A stretch of 64,000 bases of DNA from a virus (lineage: Duplodnaviria; Heunggongvirae; Uroviricota; Caudoviricetes; Crassvirales). The notes beneath the pieces are model-generated. The model saw only the letters and a program-made list of their open reading frames with translations, was not told the DNA's origin and did not search any database. This document shows, one piece after another, positions 49,198 through 58,725 of this stretch (its first letter is position 1; each line of letters starts with the position of its first letter). Location of the stretch: positions 431 to 64,430 of the IMG/VR virus record IMGVR_UViG_3300025288_000016. The stretch is one strand, 5' to 3'. A program made the translations under genes and the position numbers.

Positions 49198-50919
49198 ATG
49201 GAAACAAATATGGTAACCACAGTAGATGGTAGAATAGAAGAGAAGATAAATTGTAGAAAAATGAATGGTTTATATTATGTTAAAGGCGATATAAATATTG
49301 AAAATTCTGGTGAATGTTACTTAATTGATGATAAATATTATAAATATAATACTGGATATATAATTTTTGATAACAGTGTACATAAATATGTATTAAAAAG
49401 TACACTTAAAGATAAATTTTATGTAGAAAAAGGTATTATAGATTTTAAAAATGGTAATGAGCCAATATTTGGTAGTTATTCTTTAGAAAAAAATAATGAT
49501 ATTTATGTTTTAATTATAAATAATAAATATTCTTGTATTAATGAAGATATTTTAAAAAATAATATACATTTTTTAGAAAATTTAGAAGATGGAATATATT
49601 ATGAAAGAAACAAATTAGATTCTTATAAATATGTTTTTCCTACAAAATGTAGTAGAGATTTTAAATATTCTTTGTCTTACGATTCTAGAGGATTAACTGA
49701 AAAAGCAGAAAAAAAATATATTGAATCTTATAAACCAGAATTATATCATATTGGTTTAGAATCAGGTAAAAGTGATATTACAAAAGGTTTAAGTTTTGGT
49801 CTTGAATTTGAAACTTCATTAGGAATAGTTCCGTTAAGAATATGTTCTAATTTAGGATTAATACCTTTAAGAGATGGAAGTATAGATGGATTAGAATATG
49901 TAACAATACCATTAAAAGGTAAAAATGGTATGCAAACAGTGTTAGATACTTTAAAAGTATTAAAAAGAAGAACAGTTTATAATAATGATTGTTCATTACA
50001 TTTGCATATTGGTAATATTCCAAGAACTGAAGAATTCTTTTTAGCATTGTTTAAAATATTATTTATATTACAAGATGATATGTATTCAATGTTTCCATTT
50101 CATAAAAAAGAAAATTATGAAGTAAAAAGAAAACATTATACAAAACCACTTCCTTTAAAAGAAACAATGTTATTATTTGATTCAAAAATTAAAACTAAAG
50201 AAGATATTAAAAGAAATTTTGATATTTTATATAGATTTTTATCAATGAACCAAAGTTATGATGCTGCTGGAGGAAAACTTTCTAATATTAAATCTCATCC
50301 TTCTGACCCAGGAGGTAATAGTAAATGGAATATTAAAACTCGTTATTATTGGGTTAATTTAATTCCATTATTATTTGGAAATAAACAAACTGTAGAGTTT
50401 AGAATTCATACTCCTACTTATGATAGTAATAAAGTAATTAATTATATGTTAACTTGTTTTTCTATAATTGATTATGTTATTAAAAATGAAACTTCTATAT
50501 TAAGTAATTTTCAACAACATGTTAATATTAATTTAAATCATGTTGTATTTGAAAGTTATTATAAAGATTTTTCAAATATTAGAATTGTAGAAGAACTTCA
50601 ACGTTATTTTGATTGTAGAAAAAGACATTTCTTTTTTAAAACTAAAAAAGGTGATTTTTTAGCAAATGAAGATGAATTTTCTTATACTCCTAAATATTTG
50701 AATTGGGAATCTACAAATAATAAATTAAATAACTCTTTCAAGTTTAGTTCTAATTTAAGTGTACCTGCTTATGATAATATAGGTTTAGATATACAACTTA
50801 ACGACGCAATAAGGCGCGTTGCTGCTAGAATAGATGATAATATTAGGATAGTTAATCCTGCATTTGAAGAAAATGATTTATTTATAAATAATGAACCTGA
50901 ACAAGAACTACCAATATGA
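49198..50919 (+). CDS. GCS2-like carboxylate-amine ligase (amidoligase), long paralogue
   Basis: GLSFGLEFETSLGIVPL, DGSIDGLEYVTIPL, CSLHLHIG and TVEFRIHTPT. Same motif order as 46434-47246. Confidence 0.5.
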   Translation: METNMVTTVDGRIEEKINCRKMNGLYYVKGDINIENSGECYLIDDKYYKYNTGYIIFDNSVHKYVLKSTLKDKFYVEKGIIDFKNGNEPIFGSYSLEKNNDIYVLIINNKYSCINEDILKNNIHFLENLEDGIYYERNKLDSYKYVFPTKCSRDFKYSLSYDSRGLTEKAEKKYIESYKPELYHIGLESGKSDITKGLSFGLEFETSLGIVPLRICSNLGLIPLRDGSIDGLEYVTIPLKGKNGMQTVLDTLKVLKRRTVYNNDCSLHLHIGNIPRTEEFFLALFKILFILQDDMYSMFPFHKKENYEVKRKHYTKPLPLKETMLLFDSKIKTKEDIKRNFDILYRFLSMNQSYDAAGGKLSNIKSHPSDPGGNSKWNIKTRYYWVNLIPLLFGNKQTVEFRIHTPTYDSNKVINYMLTCFSIIDYVIKNETSILSNFQQHVNINLNHVVFESYYKDFSNIRIVEELQRYFDCRKRHFFFKTKKGDFLANEDEFSYTPKYLNWESTNNKLNNSFKFSSNLSVPAYDNIGLDIQLNDAIRRVAARIDDNIRIVNPAFEENDLFINNEPEQELPI

Positions 50920-51659
50920 GAAGAGCAATTTTAAAACGTCCATTAAATTTAGATTATACTGAACTTTTTGGAAAAAGTTGGATAGATGTATTAACACCAT
51001 TACTTGCTTCTTCATATATGTTTAATTTAATGGCACTTATAAATGAAATTTATAGTTTGTTACCTAATCAAATATTAGGACAAGGATTTGTATATCCTTA
51101 TAAAAGTAGACTATTTACAAATTTTAGAGCTTGTGATTGGATTAATTTAAAAGTAGTAATAGTAGGAAGAGAACCTTACCAATCACATAGAGCAATAGGT
51201 GTTCCTTTTGCCACACATGTTAATAATAATAATGTTATTTTAGAAGATGATTTAATATTAATTGAAAGATGTATTCGTAAAAATATATATAATAATTCAA
51301 CACAATATGTATTTGATGAATCTCTAAGTACATGGGGGATGCAAGGTGTATTTCTTATTGATGCTGCTTCTACATCAGAAGAAACTAGTAAAAATGCACA
51401 TTCTATAATATGGAAAAATTTTACTAGAGAAGTAATAAAAATAATAAGTTCAAAAAAAACAAATATTATTTTTTTATTATGGGGTGCAGAAGCTAAATAT
51501 TTTAGTAGATATATTGATAGAGAAAAACATCATGTATTAGTTTATGACCATCCTAGTGATGCAAAAACTCGTAATACAGATTGGAATTGTACACATTTTA
51601 AAAGTGTTAATGACATTTTATTAAGAACTACAGAAAATAATGAAGAAATAGATTGGTAA
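50916..51659 (+). CDS. Uracil-DNA-glycosylase-superfamily fold protein (divergent)
   Basis: VVIVGREPYQSHRAIGVPFA (compare family-1 GQDPYHGPNQAHGLAFS) and a C-terminal VYDHPSD (compare HPSPLS). Confidence 0.45.
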   Translation: MRRAILKRPLNLDYTELFGKSWIDVLTPLLASSYMFNLMALINEIYSLLPNQILGQGFVYPYKSRLFTNFRACDWINLKVVIVGREPYQSHRAIGVPFATHVNNNNVILEDDLILIERCIRKNIYNNSTQYVFDESLSTWGMQGVFLIDAASTSEETSKNAHSIIWKNFTREVIKIISSKKTNIIFLLWGAEAKYFSRYIDREKHHVLVYDHPSDAKTRNTDWNCTHFKSVNDILLRTTENNEEIDW

Positions 51660-51671
51660 AAAAAATAAAAG

Positions 51672-52139
51672 ATGATTTTTATAAAAGGAAATGTTCCATC
51701 TTTAAAAAATAGTAAAGTAAAAACAGGGAGAGGTATTTTTGCCTCTCCCACTGTTACTAAATATTTAAGAAGTTTAGGAATACAAAATTTTAACTCTAGA
51801 AAAAAAGAAGTTAAAGGTTATATTGACAAAAATAAACCAAATGTTATTGAAAATTTTAGAGAAGAAATAGAAAAAATGAAAATAGGAAAAGATAATCCAT
51901 TATTTATAGGTTATCATCATGTAAGAAATAGTAAAAGAGCATTTGATTTTAGTAATAGTGTTGAAATAATTCAAGATTTATTTACAGCTCATAATATTAT
52001 AGAAGATGATAATATTAATTATGTATTTCCTATTCCTATGACAATTAATGGAGAAATACCAACTTTAGATAATTTAAGAACTGAAAAGTGGTATAGTATA
52101 AATAAAGAAAATCCAGGAGTATGGATAAAAATATTTTAA
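51672..52139 (+). CDS. RusA-like Holliday junction resolvase
   Basis: PSLKNSK (compare RusA PPSNNRY) and RAFDFSNSVEIIQDLFTAHNIIEDDNI (compare [26 protein letters not shown]). Confidence 0.5.
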   Translation: MIFIKGNVPSLKNSKVKTGRGIFASPTVTKYLRSLGIQNFNSRKKEVKGYIDKNKPNVIENFREEIEKMKIGKDNPLFIGYHHVRNSKRAFDFSNSVEIIQDLFTAHNIIEDDNINYVFPIPMTINGEIPTLDNLRTEKWYSINKENPGVWIKIF

Positions 52140-52142
52140 AAT

Positions 52143-52358
52143 ATGTTAGGTATATTTAAAAAAAGAAATAGTAAATCAAAAAGAAGTAATACTGGTTATA
52201 AAGGTATTCATTTTGATAAAGATAAGGGTAAATTTGAAGCTCAAATTGCTCATCGTTCTAGTGAAAGAAAAATAACAAAAGTATTTTATGTAGGGTTATA
52301 TACTACATTAAAAGAAGCTATTGAGGCTAGAGAAAACTTTATTAATAATTTATATTAA
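52143..52358 (+). CDS. AP2-domain DNA-binding protein
   Basis: YKGIHFDKDKGKFEAQIAHRSSERKITKVFYVGLYTTLKEAIEARE fits the AP2 pattern YRGV...GKW.A.I.......LG.F.t.eeAa.AYd. Confidence 0.5.
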   Translation: MLGIFKKRNSKSKRSNTGYKGIHFDKDKGKFEAQIAHRSSERKITKVFYVGLYTTLKEAIEARENFINNLY

Positions 52359-52361
52359 TAT

Positions 52362-53384
52362 ATGAAAGAAGATGAATTTGAAGGACTATTTGGTCCAAAT
52401 GATAGAAAAGATAAAATAAAATTAAGTTATAGTAGAATATCAGATTTTGATAGAAATGGTGCTAAAGCATTAATAGATAGAACAATTGTAGATACTGATG
52501 GAGCTAAAATAGGTTTATTAACAGATGATTTATTAAATGATATTATTAATAAAACTAGACTTTTTAAAGAAAAATATTATATATTTAATGGTGATAAACC
52601 AACAGCTACTTTAGGTAAATTAAGTGATATAATTTTAAAGAATTATACAAAAATACCAAATGATAAAGAATTATTAAAAATAGCAGAAACTAATAAGTTT
52701 TGGAAAAGTCAAAAAGATGAAACAAAACTTACTAATATTGATGTTCCTGAATTTAAAGATTATATAAATGCTCAATTTATGTCTAAACAAAAAATACTTG
52801 TTACTACAAGTGAAGTTGATTTAGCACAAGATTTAGTAGATACTTTATTAATACATAATAATTCTAAATATATATTTAATTCTAATAATGAACTTATAAA
52901 TCAAATTAAATTTGAATTTGAATATAAAGATTTTTTATTAAGAGGAATTTTAGATATACTTTCAATAAATCATAAAAATAAAACTATACAAATGATAGAT
53001 TTAAAAACAGGAACTAATCCTATTTCAGAATTTATAAATAGTTTTTTAAAATGGAGATATTATATCCAAGAAGCAATATATACAAAAGCTTCAGATGTAA
53101 TAACTAAACAATTTGGATTAGAAGGATATAAACTCCTTCCTTTTCAATTTCTTTTCATATCTAGATATGAAAAAACCCCTTTTATATATGAAATAGGAGA
53201 TAAATGGCATGAAGCAGCTTTAAAAGGTTTCAAAACGTCATTAGGATGGGAATATAAAGGATTAGAAGAACTTTTAGAAAATATAAAATGGCATGTAGAC
53301 AATAAAATATTTGATACTACAAAAGAAATTTATAATTCTAAAGGAATTATGAACTTAAACGATGAGTTTATAACAATAAAATAA
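52362..53384 (+). CDS. PD-(D/E)XK nuclease (RecB/Cas4-like exonuclease family)
   Basis: GILDILS...IQMIDLKTG (D...D.K) followed by QEAIY. Confidence 0.45.
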   Translation: MKEDEFEGLFGPNDRKDKIKLSYSRISDFDRNGAKALIDRTIVDTDGAKIGLLTDDLLNDIINKTRLFKEKYYIFNGDKPTATLGKLSDIILKNYTKIPNDKELLKIAETNKFWKSQKDETKLTNIDVPEFKDYINAQFMSKQKILVTTSEVDLAQDLVDTLLIHNNSKYIFNSNNELINQIKFEFEYKDFLLRGILDILSINHKNKTIQMIDLKTGTNPISEFINSFLKWRYYIQEAIYTKASDVITKQFGLEGYKLLPFQFLFISRYEKTPFIYEIGDKWHEAALKGFKTSLGWEYKGLEELLENIKWHVDNKIFDTTKEIYNSKGIMNLNDEFITIK

Positions 53385-53393
53385 TGGTTAATT

Positions 53394-54005
53394 ATGAGTA
53401 AAATTAGATATAATAAATCTAAAACTTACTTATTACCATTATTATCAGAAATAGTTGGATTTGATAAAAGATTTTTTAAACATTTAATAAATGTATATAT
53501 GTTTGAAGATACAAATGCTTACAAAGATTGTCTATGTATTTTACATGATTTTTCTTTTAAAGCACCTGAATTTACAGCATATGAACATAACATAATAAAT
53601 AATGATTTATTTGTAGATTTAATAGATATAAACGATAAAGTTTTATATATATTTAAATTTCCAGATGAGTATATGTATGAATATGAATGTTTAAAAAAAG
53701 GTAAATATTCTGAATTTAAATTAGATGCAAAAGAATTAATTTTAGATTTTTTTACAGATGTTTACAAAGGAAATCCAAACGCAGTACCTTTTTTAATTAA
53801 GGTAAAGCAAGTATTATTTAAAGACGAAAAATTAAGAAAAGAAATAGAGAATGAGTTAAATGTTCAACTAGATAGAAGTGCTGAATTAACAGACCCTATA
53901 AATATAGAAGATGAAACATTTAATTTATCACAATATATAAAAAAAAATGAAAATAAAAATAAAGAAATTACACCCTCAAGCGAAGATTCCTTTGAAATTA
54001 ACTAA
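53394..54005 (+). CDS. hypothetical protein
   Basis: 203-aa ORF. Confidence 0.4.
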   Translation: MSKIRYNKSKTYLLPLLSEIVGFDKRFFKHLINVYMFEDTNAYKDCLCILHDFSFKAPEFTAYEHNIINNDLFVDLIDINDKVLYIFKFPDEYMYEYECLKKGKYSEFKLDAKELILDFFTDVYKGNPNAVPFLIKVKQVLFKDEKLRKEIENELNVQLDRSAELTDPINIEDETFNLSQYIKKNENKNKEITPSSEDSFEIN

Positions 54006-54414
54006 AGAAGCTGCTTGTGCTGATGTATATGCTACTGAAATAATAAAACAAGATAGTTATAAAGTAACTATTAAATTAGGTTTTTCTACAGAAATTCCTA
54101 CAGGTTATAAAGGTATTATAGTACCAAGAAGTAGTTTTACACAAAAAGGTTGGGTTATGCAAAATAGTCCAGCTCAAATAGACTCTGATTATAGAGGAGA
54201 ATGGATAATAAAATTTGAAGCTATACCTATAGATGCTAAATCATCAATGGGAGGACTTCTTATAGATATTTTACCAAATGATTTTCCTTATAAAGTAGGA
54301 GATAGAGTAGCACAAATATTCTTTGAAAAAATAGTAGAATATGAATTTGAAGAAGTAGAAGAATTAGTAGAAACAGAAAGAGCTGAAGGAGGATTTGGTA
54401 GTACAGGAGTGTAA
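53947..54414 (+). CDS. dut: dUTP diphosphatase (trimeric dUTPase)
   Basis: All five dUTPase motifs: AACADVYA, IVPRSS, GWVMQNSPAQIDSDYRGE, VGDRVAQIFF and RAEGGFGSTGV. Confidence 0.9.
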   Translation: MKIKIKKLHPQAKIPLKLTKEAACADVYATEIIKQDSYKVTIKLGFSTEIPTGYKGIIVPRSSFTQKGWVMQNSPAQIDSDYRGEWIIKFEAIPIDAKSSMGGLLIDILPNDFPYKVGDRVAQIFFEKIVEYEFEEVEELVETERAEGGFGSTGV

Positions 54415-54459
54415 AATAATATTTTCTGATTATAGTGAGTAGTAATGATAAATAAATAA

Positions 54460-56319
54460 ATGGATAAAGGAATAGAATTACTTTCAAATATAGTGGTATA
54501 TAATAAATACGCAAAATATATACCTAGATTAAAAAGAAGAGAAACTTGGGATGATATAATTACCAGATACTTAGGTATGATGGTAAAAAAATATCCAGAT
54601 TTAACACAAGATATTATGGTCAATGGACAATATCTTTATAATAAACAAGTTTTACCTTCTATGAGAGCTGCTCAATTTGCGGGTGCAGCTATTGAAAAAA
54701 ATGAAGCAAGAATTTATAATTGTGGCTATATGCCAATGACAGATTATAGGTCATTCAGTGAACTTATGTTTTTGTTGTTAGGTGGTACTGGTATAGGTTA
54801 TTCTGTACAGTACCACCATATTGAGCATTTACCACCTATACAAAAACCACAAAGAGAAGCTAAATTTTTAGTTGGAGATAGTATAGAAGGTTGGGCAGAT
54901 GCTGTTAAACAATTAATGAAATCTTATTTTGGTAAAACTGCAGTAAAACCAAGATTTGATTTTACAGATATTAGACAAAAAGGTTCAAGATTAATAACAG
55001 CAGGTGGTAAAGCACCTGGTCCAGAACCTTTAAAAATATGTTTAACAAAAATAGAAGCATTATTAAATAATAAACAAAATGGTGAACAATTAACACCATT
55101 TGAAGTACATAGAATTAACTGTTTAATTGCTGATGCTGTTTTAGCAGGAGGTATTAGACGAGCAGCCTTAATTTCTTTATTTTCTATGGATGATAAAGAA
55201 ATGGCAACATGTAAGCATGGTAATTGGTGGGAATTATATCCTGAACTTGGAAGAGCAAATAATTCTGCTGTAATTCTACGAAATAGAATAATTAAAAAAG
55301 ATTTTAATAATCTTTGGCAAATTACAGTAGATTCAAACTCTGGAGAACCAGGAATATATTTTACTAATGACCCTGAGTATGGTACAAATCCGTGTTGTGA
55401 AATATCACTTAGACCTTTTACATTTTGTAATCTTACAGAAATTAATGCTGGAGTAGTTAATAGTCAAGAAGATTTTAATAAATTTTCTGAGATTGCAGCC
55501 TTTTTTGGTACACTACAAGCAGGATTTACAGATTTTCATTATTTAAGAAGTGTATGGAAAACTAATACAAAAAAAGATGCTTTAATAGGAGTTGGAATCA
55601 CAGGTATAGCAAATGGTACATTATCTACTTTAAATTTAACTACAGCTTGTAATGTAGCAATTAAAGAAAATAGTAGAATAGCAGAAATTATTGGAATAAA
55701 TAAAGCTGCTAGAGTAACAACTGTTAAACCAAGTGGTACAACCTCATGTGTTGTAGGCACATCATCAGGAATACATGCATGGCATTCTAAATATTATATT
55801 AGAAATATACAATGCACTGTAGGAGATGATTTATATAAATTCTTTAGTAAATATCATCCAAAACTTATAAAAGTTATGGATTATCAACCTAAAGATGCAG
55901 TAATTGGGATTCCTCAAAAATCTCCTGAAACCTCAATATTAAGAGAAAATGAAACTGCTCTAGAATTATTAAATAGAGTAAAAAAGTTTAACATCGAATG
56001 GGTACAGAAAGGACATCATAGAGGACCTAATAGTAATAATGTATCAGCAACAATATCTTGTAAACCACATGAGTGGAAAGATGTTGGAGAATGGATGTGG
56101 GATAACAAGAATAACTTTAACGGTCTTTCTGTATTACCATATGATGGAGGAACATATAAAGATGCTCCATTTATACCTTGCACTAAAGAACATTATGAAG
56201 AACTAATTGGTTATATCAATAATAATCCTGTTAATTTAACAAAAATTATTGAAGAAAATGATAATACTGATTTATCTGGAGAGATTGCTTGCGGTCCTGA
56301 AGGGTGTGAAGTATTATAA
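54460..56319 (+). CDS. nrdJ: Ribonucleotide reductase, class II (adenosylcobalamin-dependent, NrdJ-like)
   Basis: N-terminal RRETWDDIITRY and active-site NPCCEISL...FCNLTEIN (compare NPCGEI / N.C.E motifs). 619 aa, monomeric class II size. Confidence 0.7.
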   Translation: MDKGIELLSNIVVYNKYAKYIPRLKRRETWDDIITRYLGMMVKKYPDLTQDIMVNGQYLYNKQVLPSMRAAQFAGAAIEKNEARIYNCGYMPMTDYRSFSELMFLLLGGTGIGYSVQYHHIEHLPPIQKPQREAKFLVGDSIEGWADAVKQLMKSYFGKTAVKPRFDFTDIRQKGSRLITAGGKAPGPEPLKICLTKIEALLNNKQNGEQLTPFEVHRINCLIADAVLAGGIRRAALISLFSMDDKEMATCKHGNWWELYPELGRANNSAVILRNRIIKKDFNNLWQITVDSNSGEPGIYFTNDPEYGTNPCCEISLRPFTFCNLTEINAGVVNSQEDFNKFSEIAAFFGTLQAGFTDFHYLRSVWKTNTKKDALIGVGITGIANGTLSTLNLTTACNVAIKENSRIAEIIGINKAARVTTVKPSGTTSCVVGTSSGIHAWHSKYYIRNIQCTVGDDLYKFFSKYHPKLIKVMDYQPKDAVIGIPQKSPETSILRENETALELLNRVKKFNIEWVQKGHHRGPNSNNVSATISCKPHEWKDVGEWMWDNKNNFNGLSVLPYDGGTYKDAPFIPCTKEHYEELIGYINNNPVNLTKIIEENDNTDLSGEIACGPEGCEVL

Positions 56320-56326
56320 AAATTTA

Positions 56327-56375
56327 AAGGTAGAGACAATGGAGAGTCCCGTGGGTTCGAGTCCCACCTACCTTT
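56327..56375 (+). other. tRNA 3'-half / minihelix-like element (duplicate of the tRNA-Met T-arm and 3' acceptor)
   Basis: AAGGTAG...GTGGG-TTCGAGT-CCCAC-CTACCTT. The 21 nt GTGGGTTCGAGTCCCACCTAC are identical to 32661-32681 of the tRNA-Met. No D-arm or anticodon arm. Confidence 0.55.
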
Positions 56376-56412
56376 TCTAAGAAAAAATAAAATAATTTAA
56401 AATAACAAAAAC

Positions 56413-56625
56413 ATGAGTAGACTTGTTAATATATTATCAGGAATTTCAACAAATTATATTAGTAAAAGAGAAAGAATTAGATTTGGTTTTATTCCTACAC
56501 CTATTATATATAATAATAAAAAAGTAAAAAAAAGTTTAAATAATAAAAAAAAAAATAAAAAAAAAAGATATGGACCAATCTATAAACACAAATACTGTAA
56601 CTTATATGGATTATGCTCCTTATAA
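56413..56625 (+). CDS. hypothetical small basic protein
   Basis: 70-aa ORF; Lys-rich, low-complexity C-terminus. Overlaps the next ORF, so coding status is uncertain. Confidence 0.25.
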   Translation: MSRLVNILSGISTNYISKRERIRFGFIPTPIIYNNKKVKKSLNNKKKNKKKRYGPIYKHKYCNLYGLCSL

Positions 56626-57082
56626 TGATACAAGTATACATTCTTTATTATATAATCATAGTACAACAAACAAATCTGAAAATATTATAAAAATTAAAGA
56701 ATCTAATATTAAAATACGTTGTTTTAATAATAATGATTTTGATAAAATAATTCATTTTCAAGATATAAATGGTTATAGTAATAGTGTTAGTATATATAAA
56801 TATCCAACTTATAATTGTCAACTTTCTAGTTTAGCAGATGCAAAAAACTTACTTTATTGCAGACACTCTGATATTAATAAATTAATGATTTATATTAATA
56901 GTTATACAAATCCATTATTATTAGTAGATATTAATGCAAAATTTAAAAAAGACTTTGAAGAACTTATTTCAAATTATTTAACTATAAATCATTTTTATCC
57001 TTATATTAGTACTAATAAAAGTAATATGATATTATATATGTTAGAATGGAATTCTATTCAAGAAAAAGAAATAGATATATGA
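56570..57082 (+). CDS. hypothetical protein
   Basis: 170-aa ORF. Confidence 0.4.
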   Translation: MDQSINTNTVTYMDYAPYNDTSIHSLLYNHSTTNKSENIIKIKESNIKIRCFNNNDFDKIIHFQDINGYSNSVSIYKYPTYNCQLSSLADAKNLLYCRHSDINKLMIYINSYTNPLLLVDINAKFKKDFEELISNYLTINHFYPYISTNKSNMILYMLEWNSIQEKEIDI

Positions 57083-57107
57083 TATTTAAATTTTTAAAAT
57101 ATAAATT

Positions 57108-58010
57108 ATGTTAGTAATAGGAGATTTAGCTTTAAAACAATTTAGAAAAGACCATAAAGTTGATAATATTGAAATTATAGGTTTTAAAGATTACGAAATA
57201 TATATTGAAAACACATTAAATGCATCAAAAACTAGTACATTATTATCAAATATTTGTAAATTATATGATTTAAAAGAAAATAGAAAATTATTATATTTTT
57301 CTGCAAATGAAAATTTTTTGTTAAGAAATTTATTAGATGAAACATTTTCTAAAGATTTATCTTTTAAATATGCTTCACCACAATTATTATATATTTTAGA
57401 ATCAATAAAAATTACAGAAAGATTTCATAATATAATAAATTGGGAAGAATCTATTTTTAAGTTTAATTATTTATTAAGAACACATATATTACCACTTAGA
57501 GAATATGAACCTAAAATATTAAAATTATTAGAGATAAAAAGTATAGAATATCATGATATAGCAGTTACATCAAATTTATTAGATAAAACTAAATTTAAAT
57601 ATAGAAATTTTGATATATTTAAAGAAGATGATATACATAATATATTTACTCTAAGTATTAGAAATACATATAATAATGTATCATTTGGAAAAGAAAAATG
57701 TTTGTTACAAGAATCAGTTTGGAAAACATATAACCATAATGAAAAAATATTAACTGTATTAGAAAGAGCTTATGTAATAGCAATAAATGAGTTTGTAATT
57801 CCACATTGGTTAGAAAAAAAGAAAATGCCTATTAATGCAGAAAGTTTATTAAAAAAAGCATTAATGATTATAACCTCTACAACTAATTCAACTTGGTTTG
57901 CAACATTTATAGCTTATAATTATACTGAAATATTACAAAACTTTAATCCTCAGTATATTAATATATTTAATAATGCTATAAAATATAACGATTTAGAAGA
58001 AATAAAATAA
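57108..58010 (+). CDS. hypothetical protein
   Basis: 300-aa ORF. Confidence 0.45.
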   Translation: MLVIGDLALKQFRKDHKVDNIEIIGFKDYEIYIENTLNASKTSTLLSNICKLYDLKENRKLLYFSANENFLLRNLLDETFSKDLSFKYASPQLLYILESIKITERFHNIINWEESIFKFNYLLRTHILPLREYEPKILKLLEIKSIEYHDIAVTSNLLDKTKFKYRNFDIFKEDDIHNIFTLSIRNTYNNVSFGKEKCLLQESVWKTYNHNEKILTVLERAYVIAINEFVIPHWLEKKKMPINAESLLKKALMIITSTTNSTWFATFIAYNYTEILQNFNPQYINIFNNAIKYNDLEEIK

Positions 58011-58047
58011 TAAATAATAAATATAACCCAACTAATATTTATATACT

Positions 58048-58725
58048 ATGAAAATAATATGTATATCAGATACTCATGAAGAACATAGAGAAATTCATGA
58101 TATAATTAAAAATATAGAAGCTGATGTTATTATTCATGCTGGTGATGGAGCAAATTCAAAAATACCTGCTATAAATAATAATCCTTTAAGAGATTGTTTA
58201 ACTTGGTTAGATAGTTTTGACCATATAAAACATAAAATATATGTTCCAGGAAATCATGATTCAGCATTAGCTTCTGGATTAATAAAAAAAAAAGATTATC
58301 CAAATATTAATTTCTTAATAAATGAAGAAATAATAATAGATGGAATTAAATTTTATGGAAGTCCAATTACACCTACTTTTGGACAATGGTCTTATATGTG
58401 TAAAAGAAGTAAAATTGATAAATATTGGAAACAAATACCAAATGATACATGTATTTTAATTACACACGGACCACCTCATACAATATTAGATTGTACTATA
58501 GATTTTGATAAACAAATAAAAATGGTAGGTTGTAAAAATCTTTTAAATAGAGTATTAGAAAAACAACCATTATATCATATATTTGGACATGTTCATGATG
58601 AAAATGGAATTCATAATCATGGTGTTAGAACTATTGGTAATAAATGTAAAACTACATTTGTAAATGCTTCATTAATGAATCTAAAATACCAAATAGTTAA
58701 TAAACCAATAATAATTGAAATATGA
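58048..58725 (+). CDS. Calcineurin-like metallophosphoesterase
   Basis: CISDTHEEH, IIHAGDGAN, VPGNHD, ITHGPPH and GHVHDENG. Confidence 0.65.
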   Translation: MKIICISDTHEEHREIHDIIKNIEADVIIHAGDGANSKIPAINNNPLRDCLTWLDSFDHIKHKIYVPGNHDSALASGLIKKKDYPNINFLINEEIIIDGIKFYGSPITPTFGQWSYMCKRSKIDKYWKQIPNDTCILITHGPPHTILDCTIDFDKQIKMVGCKNLLNRVLEKQPLYHIFGHVHDENGIHNHGVRTIGNKCKTTFVNASLMNLKYQIVNKPIIIEI

